A stretch of DNA of 33,824 nucleotides, taken from Lentisphaerota bacterium (GTDB taxonomy: Bacteria; Verrucomicrobiota; Lentisphaeria; Victivallales; GWF2-50-93). Made by a program: the position numbers and the translations under genes. The stretch lies in assembly GCA_025360875.1 (NCBI GenBank), contig JANYBI010000767.1, forward strand, positions 1-33,824, read 5' to 3'. Below the pieces are notes generated by a model. That model was not told where the DNA came from, made no database searches, and saw nothing but the letters and a program-made list of their open reading frames with translations. This document shows, piece after piece, positions 1 through 6,532 of the stretch (position 1 is its first letter; every line of letters starts with the position of its first letter).

Positions 1-1496
1 TGTGTTGCGGGATGTGCGGCGAGGCGCTGGTCGATGGTCCCGTAGCAGCCGGCCATTTCTGTAGGCCCCTCGTTGATGCTGAAGCGTCCGTCGGGATACA
101 GCACGCTGTTGACGACGAGCGGATAACGGCAGTTGAGGAGACGCAACCGCATCCAGTCCGGCATATCGGTCCCGTCCATGAGTTCATTCAGCGACGACGC
201 CTCCTTCATGATGGCATCGAACTTTGCGAACACATGGTCCAGGGCCTTTCCACTGTCTGCGAAATTATTGCGCCAGTAGATTCCGCGGTCGACGCCAAGC
301 GAGTCGACCCAGTGCGGCATGTCCCAGAACAGCACCATCTCCACGGTCTGCGACGATTTAGGCGGAACAGACACTTCGGCAAACACCGATCCTCTCGTCG
401 CGTTCAAATCGGCGCTGACACCTTTTCCTTCGCGGACGGCAAGCAGATGCGCACCGTCGGCGGAAGCGCAGACCTTGCTCGGTTTATTTCCGTAGCGCAG
501 ACCTTTCCAGCCGTTACCTTTCACGGATTTGCAGACCGGAGAATCCGGCGGCGTCCAGAACCTGTAGAAACCGTCTCCGTAGCCGGTGCGTTTCTCGGTC
601 TCACCAATGCCGCCGCCCTGTCCGACAATGTTCGGCCAGGCCCATCGGCAGGTCACCTTGACCGCCTTGGCTCCGGTGTTGCGGACTTCCCAGCGCAGGA
701 GCGCGCATGGCAGCGACGAGTTTTTCAGATCATGCGGAATGTGCGGTCCAGAGAATTTCGCGGAGACACTGACACCTTTGAATATTTCCGTGGCGGTCAG
801 TTCCACCTGCGGGAACATGAGATCTGCGGCGAGTCTGGGTGACGGCGGGATGCCCGCCATCGGACGGGTTGCAAGCAGCCGTTCAACACCATCAACAGAA
901 GCCGATATGAAAGCTCCGTCGAGGCCTTCGGGCTCCTCGAATGGCATGTCCTGGTTGTTGTTGCCCGAGAAGTTGCGGAACCGGCCGTCACGGCAGATGT
1001 CGACGCGTCCGGTGCCGATGCCTCCCAGCGGAACGCCGCCTGTCGCCCAGAACGGATCTTCCTGGCACTTCATCCAGTCATCGGCCTGTCCCGACTCGAC
1101 GAAACGTTTCCAGGTGCACAGGAGCAGATCAACTTTTCCTAAATCCTCCGGAAGACCGCTGAACATCATCGGCCCTTCTCCGCGCGCCAATGGAATCCTG
1201 GCAAGGAACAGCCACACGTAACCATTGATCTTCGAAGGAAGAACCGGATCTCCGGCCACCCCGTCCCCCCATCTGACATCGGAATCCGTGCTATGGAGTC
1301 CGTCAAGCTTGGCCTTGACACGGACTTCCGTGAAACAGTTGATCATCTTTTTTGGAATTCTCAGGATGACAAAATAATGCAGATGTCCAAGCGCGCTTGG
1401 GATCCGCACCTGCAAAGGCCTGGAAAGGTCGGCCTGCGGATAGAAAAGTTCCTGATGTTCCGTCTCGTCATAACACTTTGATTCTGGAAATTTCAT
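1..1496 (-). CDS. GH116-family beta-glucosidase / glucosylceramidase-like protein, N-terminal ~498 aa; the 3' part runs off the left window edge
   Basis: Absent from the supplied ORF track because no stop codon lies inside the window. Hand translation of the minus strand from the ATG at 1496..1494 is open all the way to position 1: MKFPESKCYDETEHQELFYPQADLSRPLQVRIPS...WKRFVESGQADDWMKCQEDPFWATGGVPLGGIGTGRVDICRDGRFRNFSGNNNQDMPFEEPEGL...RWEVRNTGAKAVKVTCRWAWPNIVGQGGG...GPTEMAGCYGTIDQR. The 'GGIGTG..(d)G.F' motif followed by a beta-sandwich is the hallmark of the GH116 N-terminal domain. No signal peptide. Confidence 0.8.
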   Translation of the reverse strand, partial: MKFPESKCYDETEHQELFYPQADLSRPLQVRIPSALGHLHYFVILRIPKKMINCFTEVRVKAKLDGLHSTDSDVRWGDGVAGDPVLPSKINGYVWLFLARIPLARGEGPMMFSGLPEDLGKVDLLLCTWKRFVESGQADDWMKCQEDPFWATGGVPLGGIGTGRVDICRDGRFRNFSGNNNQDMPFEEPEGLDGAFISASVDGVERLLATRPMAGIPPSPRLAADLMFPQVELTATEIFKGVSVSAKFSGPHIPHDLKNSSLPCALLRWEVRNTGAKAVKVTCRWAWPNIVGQGGGIGETEKRTGYGDGFYRFWTPPDSPVCKSVKGNGWKGLRYGNKPSKVCASADGAHLLAVREGKGVSADLNATRGSVFAEVSVPPKSSQTVEMVLFWDMPHWVDSLGVDRGIYWRNNFADSGKALDHVFAKFDAIMKEASSLNELMDGTDMPDWMRLRLLNCRYPLVVNSVLYPDGRFSINEGPTEMAGCYGTIDQRLAAHPAT

Positions 1497-1613
1497 AATT
1501 CATCGTCCAATCTGATTTTTTGATTTTCTATTTTCAATTTAAAGAACAACCTATATCCATACTACAAATGGAAGCATTTTCAATTTCATTAAAAGTTCAA
1601 ACACAGCCGTCAC

Positions 1614-3092
1614 CTACTTCCCGTCCTTTGGGGCTGGAACAGTCTTCTCAGCCTTCAACTCGGTGGCAGTCTTGGCGCCTTGTTCTCTGAGCAAGAGGAT
1701 GACCATATTTGCTTCAAGCAGTTTCCTGTTTTTATCTTCCAATTCAAGCAAAAATCTTTCATGAGACATTCTTGGTTGGCTACGAATATTTTGGATCTCT
1801 TTTAATCTAAGGTTGGCAAAATCCAATGCAGTCATCAAATCACTTGTCTTGTTGTTGATAATATTGACTGAAGCTTTGAATCTGAGCAATATTCTCAGGT
1901 GCTCAATTTTCCCTTTAGATGCGGCCTCAATCAAAGCTGTATTGCCAAAAGAATTGATTTTATTTATGTCAGCTCCTTTTTGGCAGAGATAATCCGTATA
2001 GAGAGGTGAGAGGTTGATGGAATCAGTCAACACCGTACTCCCATATCCCGACATCGAATTGATGTTTACACCGAACTTTAGCAATAAATCCATTATCATA
2101 TATGTGTTGATATCAGGCAAGTTAGTCCTGAGTGCAAGGAAAAGTTCAGAATCTCCCCAATATGCACTATCTCCTTCAACGTTTACTTTAGCTCCATTTT
2201 CCAACAAGAGTTTGACAATTTTGCAGCTGCCTGTCGAAACAGCCAGTTTTAAAGATGTATATCCCCCTTTAGTGGAACAGTTGTCATCCGCATTCTTGCT
2301 AATCAAATATTTGACCATGTTTTCATTATCCAACGCAGAGGCAAACATTAATGGTGACCAGCCGTCAGCATCTTTTTTGTTTATTAAATCATCGACATTT
2401 GATATTTTTTCTGCTGTAACAACATCGTTTAAAATTGCTGCTCGGATAAGAGGCGTTGAATCTTGATGTTCAAAATCCCTAATATCAGCTCCTGCTTCAA
2501 TAAGCATCTTTGTCAATTCGAAAAAATGTTGGTCTTTTAAAATTGAAGTTCCATCTTTTTTCTTAAGATTGACATCAGCGCCATATCTCAAAAGCAGTCG
2601 TATCATTTCTGGACTGGCGGCTTCATATAAAGCCGTTCTGCCAAATTTATCAGCAGCATTGACATTAGCCCCGTTTTCTAATAGCAGTCGAACAATTTCA
2701 TAACAGTGCATCACATAGAATGGAAGTGGGTTTCCTGTTATATGGTCATACAAGACATTTGCATTATTATATTGACAGACAGCTTTAATTAGTACGGGTT
2801 CTTCATCTGCAGGCTTTATATTTGCATCAGCGCCATTTTCTAAAAGAAGCCTTACCAACTCAGGACTCCCCTGTGCCATTGCCAAAGACAGTAATGTAGA
2901 ACCGTCAGGCAATTTCTGGTTGACATCAATTCCATCTCTTATGGCTTCACAGACAATAGCACGTCCATCCTTGCCCTCATTATGGCAGTGCCTCAAAGAA
3001 CAGCAACCCGCCAGGATAAACACTGCGGATAATGCAATCACCGATTTTGATAATTCATGTAAGAAAAGTTTCATCTCGCCCCTCTGGTTCAT
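1614..3092 (-). CDS. Ankyrin-repeat lipoprotein (~10 ANK repeats, C-terminal charged/coiled tail)
   Basis: 492-aa ORF. Repeated ANK signatures: G.TLLSLA...ELVRLLLENGADANI, LLENGANVNAADKFGRTALYEA, LLRYGADVNLKKKDGTS, IEAGADIRD, LLENGAKVNV, CQKGADINKINSFGNTALIEAA, LLRFKASVNI. The N-terminus MKLFLHELSKSVIALSAVFILAGC contains a lipobox (L-A-G-C). An alternative start at 3074 (M7) has GAGGGG 5 nt upstream. Codon usage is strongly AT-rich: sampled 60-nt lines give ~35-37% GC versus ~55-65% in the neighbours. Confidence 0.85.
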   Translation of the reverse strand: MNQRGEMKLFLHELSKSVIALSAVFILAGCCSLRHCHNEGKDGRAIVCEAIRDGIDVNQKLPDGSTLLSLAMAQGSPELVRLLLENGADANIKPADEEPVLIKAVCQYNNANVLYDHITGNPLPFYVMHCYEIVRLLLENGANVNAADKFGRTALYEAASPEMIRLLLRYGADVNLKKKDGTSILKDQHFFELTKMLIEAGADIRDFEHQDSTPLIRAAILNDVVTAEKISNVDDLINKKDADGWSPLMFASALDNENMVKYLISKNADDNCSTKGGYTSLKLAVSTGSCKIVKLLLENGAKVNVEGDSAYWGDSELFLALRTNLPDINTYMIMDLLLKFGVNINSMSGYGSTVLTDSINLSPLYTDYLCQKGADINKINSFGNTALIEAASKGKIEHLRILLRFKASVNIINNKTSDLMTALDFANLRLKEIQNIRSQPRMSHERFLLELEDKNRKLLEANMVILLLREQGAKTATELKAEKTVPAPKDGK

Positions 3093-3253
3093 AGTTGCCT
3101 TACATTTGCTTTCCCAACTTCCTTCCTGTTGACATGTGCGATGTCAAAAACGGTGCTGATAATCCTTCTTTGCTTATCAGCCATATTTTTTCTATCTTTA
3201 CGCATGGAATGCGTTGAATAACATAGCCTATGGTTTCAACCATAGGTAATGGA

Positions 3254-3286
3254 TTAAAAAATATATCCACCCTGAAGGGGTGGGAT
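3254..3286 (-). terminator. Rho-independent terminator candidate downstream of the 3368..6526 gene
   Basis: Minus-strand reading: CCACCC-cttca-GGGTGG (3267..3283, extendable with one bulge to 3265..3286), followed directly by ATATATTTTTT. It lies ~80 nt after the stop at 3368. Confidence 0.55.
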
Positions 3287-3367
3287 AAATTTCTTCCGTC
3301 CCTGCAGGGCGAACCACCTTTTATACTAAACCTGTGTCTGAAGCCACAGTTTATATTACTCACTCCC

Positions 3368-6300
3368 TCACGGTTTCCATCTGAAGAAATTGTTTTTGCC
3401 GCCCCAGCCGCTGTTCTCGGTGAAGATCAGGTATTCGCCGTTCTTGCATTTGAAGGCGCGAATCCCCATGGCGGCGTCCTCCCAGGCTGACTGTCCGATT
3501 ACTTCAGGTCCCATTGAAAGGATTTCCACAAGCTTGCCGGTATTGAGATCGAAGACGTGTATCTCCCCATGGATATAGGCCATGAAGAGATAATCTCCTG
3601 CGACCTGTATTCCCATGTATCCGCCGTACTGGTAGGGATTGATCTCGTACATGAAATAGTCGGGATCGGTCCAGGGTGAGAACGCCTTGACCTTCCATTT
3701 CGGGATGCGATTGCCCTTGCTCCAATTGTCGTAGCGGCCCATGAAGTATTGCGCAGGAGACGTGTCGCCTTCGCCTTTGCGCGGCACGGCCGGATAGAAG
3801 GCGACCATGATGTCCCTGTCAGCATCGTAGTCCATCCTGCATGACATGCCCCAGGCGTTGGTCTTGTCGCCCTCTTCAGGAAACCGTACATCCTCATATC
3901 CATCGCCCTTTACTCCACTATATAAAGGAACACCCTTGTCGTTCATCCCTTTGAATGTGAAATGGCGCATGAAAGAGCCGTCGGTGGCGGGATTACCGGC
4001 CCAGATGTCGCCTTTGGAGTCGATACACAATGCGGTGACCCAGCCGATGCCGCGTTCCATTTTTACTATCTCCTCAGGCTGCTGTTTGCCGTCGCCGTTG
4101 GCATCGGTCCAGAATGTGTTTCCATTCTCGCGCGTGCCTCCGCAGGGAACCGCGATTTCGCCTTCATACCGATAAATATTGATCTCTCCGACAGTTCCCT
4201 GTCCGCTGGTGAACATTACAAGTTTCCTGTCATCTCCGAGACGCCGGACGATGGACTGCGAGCCGCCGGCGCGGGCAGGTTCCCCGTAGTTGCGGAGATC
4301 CCAGTTGTACCCGACGTACTTCTGTTCCTTGCCGGGTTCCTTCCGGGAAAGATCGAGTTTCAGATGGTTGTACGTGCCATAGATATCGGCGCCGTCGCTG
4401 TCAGGATCGACATCATATGTATTGCAGAACATCAGGCTGTTGAGCATCCAGCCCATCTTTCCGTCCGGTGCGAACATGCGCAGGTCGGATCCCTGGAAAC
4501 CGCCCCCGACGTAGAGGTTGCCTTTTGCGTCGACGCCCACGCCAGCGATACCGGCAAAACGTGCAAAGCCGCCGGACGCCGGATCGTTGACCAGCCCCGG
4601 ATTTTTCCCGCTGTAGATGCCGCCTTTCTCACCGAAAGTTCTGGCAAGAACCGGTTTCGAATCGAGCTTGTCATAGAAACGCACATTCAAGTCCGGACCA
4701 TTTTCCGCGACGAGAAGCTGATCCTTGGCGGCGTCATATCCCAGGGCGCGCGGATTGACCGCATCGGTGATTTCGCGGCCTTTAAACTTGCCGTCGATCC
4801 CATAGCATTTTACCGCCGGCTTATATTTCGCAGTGGTGGCGGCCGGACCAGGATAATCATTTCCACGCTGTATGATCCACAGGTCGCCGCGCTTGTCGAA
4901 AATCATCGGGCCGGGACGTTCAAACGGGAAATTCCTGCTGACCAGTTCGGCGGATTCCCCCTTGAAATCGCCTACCGCGGGACCGCCGCAGTTGATGGCG
5001 AAAAGCCTTTTCCCTTTCTGATCCAGGACTTCGAGACCGCAGATGCCGGGTCCGCCGTAGGATCCGGTGTTGACAATGACATTGCCCTTGTCGTCCGCCT
5101 TGCAGCCGGGGAAATCCTTGACGAGCGGTTTCAGAACTCCGCCGGCGAGTTCAGCCACGTTGACCGTGACGCCGTTGACATCCCTGACCCTGTTCCGGGG
5201 ATCGCCTTTTGCGGGACGTTCGACATATTCTGCGAAATGGCAGCGGACTGTGTATTCGGAACCTGCGGTGAATCCGGGAAGAGTGTAACGGAACCCTTCG
5301 CCGACGCGCTGGGTCTGGTAGACAATTTCCGGTGCGAACTTCGCATCTTTCCCGGGCACTGCGACAGGCGTCGGAGCGGTTGCAACACCGTCATTGGCCG
5401 CCAAAGGCACTTCGAATGTTTTAACGGGTTCCGTGGACACCACGCGGACAATGTTCTCGCGGGAATCGGCCACGAAAAGCTCACGTCCATTCGACGCCAT
5501 GCCGCTGATCACGCACATGTTTGATTTCTTGTCGAGCATACCGACCGAGAGGGTCACGGGCCGCGGCGCGAAATCAGGTTTTGCGGGATCAAGCTCGGTA
5601 ATGCGGTCGACAGTCGCCACGTAGATATGCCTGTCATCGCCTGTGATGCCGCCATCGGCAGTCTGCGGCGTACCGATCGGAAGCGGCCTCAGCACCTTGC
5701 CGTCGCGATATGAAGTGCAGGGAGTGCCCGCCTCATCCCAGTAGGAACTGGTATAGCAGGTGCCGTCAGGCGCCACCCACATTGCCGAAAGACTGTTCGC
5801 CACGTGGCCTTCATCCGGAGGGCAGCCGAAACTGTTGCCGACCCAGCTGGTCTTGTAGCGCATGTTTGGAGCGCCGATGGAGATATTGTCAAAAACCGCC
5901 GTAGCTACCTTGCCCGGATCTCCGCTGTTGACAAAAAATCCGATTTCAAGAGCGCCTTCAGAAGCAAATCCTCCGCCGCTCACATTGCTGATCATCACCC
6001 AGAGGCGGCCATCAGGAGATTTGTAAACTGCGAAGTTCTTTCCCTGCCTGACAAATCGCAACCAGATCGGCGCATCCCGTTTTGTACCTATCCCGCCGCC
6101 GGACTGCCCGGACGTTGCCGGCTCCTTTGCGCTCCAACTCAAACTGTTCTGGCCTTCTTTTGTGTCCTTGACGCAGAAGCTGACCTGCGCAGTTGCGGGT
6201 TTCGCAGATTCGCCAGCCTCCCGGACCATGATGCCGGCACGGGCCTGGGGCATTTCGGAAATTGACGCGATCCGGACCACTATCTCAAAATCCCCGCCCG

Positions 6301-6526
6301 GATGGGAACTGTATGCGAAGTGGCCTTCCACGTCACCTTTGCCTGCGCCCTTGACCGTAAGCTTGCCTTCAGACTGCGAATATCCTCCGGGCAAGACAAG
6401 TCCGCCAAAGTCCTTGCTCTGCCATGACGGCTTGAAGACAGGCGCGGCTCCACAACTCAGCATGATTCCGGCAGCGGCTGCCAGAATGAAAATACTTTTA
6501 ATCCTGTTCATAGCAATCCTTTCCAT
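3368..6526 (-). CDS. Large secreted protein: N-terminal concanavalin-like jelly roll, malectin-like insert, C-terminal multi-blade beta-propeller. Function unknown. Paralog of 9255..12863.
   Basis: 1052-aa ORF. Signal peptide MNRIKSIFILAAAAGIMLSCG, possibly a lipoprotein; the alternative start at 6511 has AAAGGA upstream. The jelly-roll-like head runs roughly over residues 35-215 and ends ...VATAVFDNISIG. Malectin-like stretch: IVYQTQRVGEGFRYTLPGFTAGSEYTVRCHFAEYV...RVRDVNGVTVNVAELAGG. Propeller/NHL-like strands include GVGVDAKGNLYVGG and a DANGDGK Ca-binding-like loop. The C-terminal ~680 aa align by eye with 9255..12863: SWVGNSFG/SWFGNTFS, FCNTYDVDPDSDGADIY/FCTCSDFDPATDGADIY, GIRAFKCKNGEYLIFTE/GVRAFTCKNGEIILLVE. 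Confidence 0.8.
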   Translation of the reverse strand: MERIAMNRIKSIFILAAAAGIMLSCGAAPVFKPSWQSKDFGGLVLPGGYSQSEGKLTVKGAGKGDVEGHFAYSSHPGGDFEIVVRIASISEMPQARAGIMVREAGESAKPATAQVSFCVKDTKEGQNSLSWSAKEPATSGQSGGGIGTKRDAPIWLRFVRQGKNFAVYKSPDGRLWVMISNVSGGGFASEGALEIGFFVNSGDPGKVATAVFDNISIGAPNMRYKTSWVGNSFGCPPDEGHVANSLSAMWVAPDGTCYTSSYWDEAGTPCTSYRDGKVLRPLPIGTPQTADGGITGDDRHIYVATVDRITELDPAKPDFAPRPVTLSVGMLDKKSNMCVISGMASNGRELFVADSRENIVRVVSTEPVKTFEVPLAANDGVATAPTPVAVPGKDAKFAPEIVYQTQRVGEGFRYTLPGFTAGSEYTVRCHFAEYVERPAKGDPRNRVRDVNGVTVNVAELAGGVLKPLVKDFPGCKADDKGNVIVNTGSYGGPGICGLEVLDQKGKRLFAINCGGPAVGDFKGESAELVSRNFPFERPGPMIFDKRGDLWIIQRGNDYPGPAATTAKYKPAVKCYGIDGKFKGREITDAVNPRALGYDAAKDQLLVAENGPDLNVRFYDKLDSKPVLARTFGEKGGIYSGKNPGLVNDPASGGFARFAGIAGVGVDAKGNLYVGGGFQGSDLRMFAPDGKMGWMLNSLMFCNTYDVDPDSDGADIYGTYNHLKLDLSRKEPGKEQKYVGYNWDLRNYGEPARAGGSQSIVRRLGDDRKLVMFTSGQGTVGEINIYRYEGEIAVPCGGTRENGNTFWTDANGDGKQQPEEIVKMERGIGWVTALCIDSKGDIWAGNPATDGSFMRHFTFKGMNDKGVPLYSGVKGDGYEDVRFPEEGDKTNAWGMSCRMDYDADRDIMVAFYPAVPRKGEGDTSPAQYFMGRYDNWSKGNRIPKWKVKAFSPWTDPDYFMYEINPYQYGGYMGIQVAGDYLFMAYIHGEIHVFDLNTGKLVEILSMGPEVIGQSAWEDAAMGIRAFKCKNGEYLIFTENSGWGGKNNFFRWKP

Positions 6527-6532
6527 GTATCA

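Noticed and set aside
12-1481. Plus-strand ORFs 12..842 (276 aa), 586..1221, 941..1162 and 1293..1481, and minus-strand ORF 797..991
   Set aside because: The translations are Arg/Pro/Gly/Ser-rich with no motifs. They lie antisense or out of frame to an uninterrupted minus-strand frame that encodes a recognisable GH116 N-terminal domain. They are GC-rich shadow ORFs.
3100-3363. 87-aa minus-strand ORF filling the gap between the propeller gene and the ANK gene
   Set aside because: The sequence consists almost entirely of short perfect palindromes, including the likely terminator. There is no Shine-Dalgarno, and the peptide is Cys/Arg/Phe-rich and not protein-like.
1497-3367. Calling the low-GC islands (1497..3367, 12864..14625, 15811..16204) mobile elements or genomic islands
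   Set aside because: No integrase, transposase, tRNA attachment site or flanking direct repeats are visible. The compositional deviation is real by eye but was not computed, so it is reported as a finding rather than as a mobile_element feature.
3962-5524. Long antisense ORFs inside high-GC genes: 3962..5524 (520 aa), 7658..8473, 10098..10775, 11253..12359 (368 aa), 16496..17227, 20152..21243 (363 aa), 20234..20968, 22894..23847 (317 aa), 24771..25424, 25443..25994, 26039..26647, 27601..28110, 29632..30467
   Set aside because: All lie opposite longer ORFs that have clear domain signatures and ribosome-binding sites. Their products are low-complexity and Arg/Ala/Gly/Pro-rich, the expected artefact of stop-poor antisense frames in ~60% GC coding DNA.
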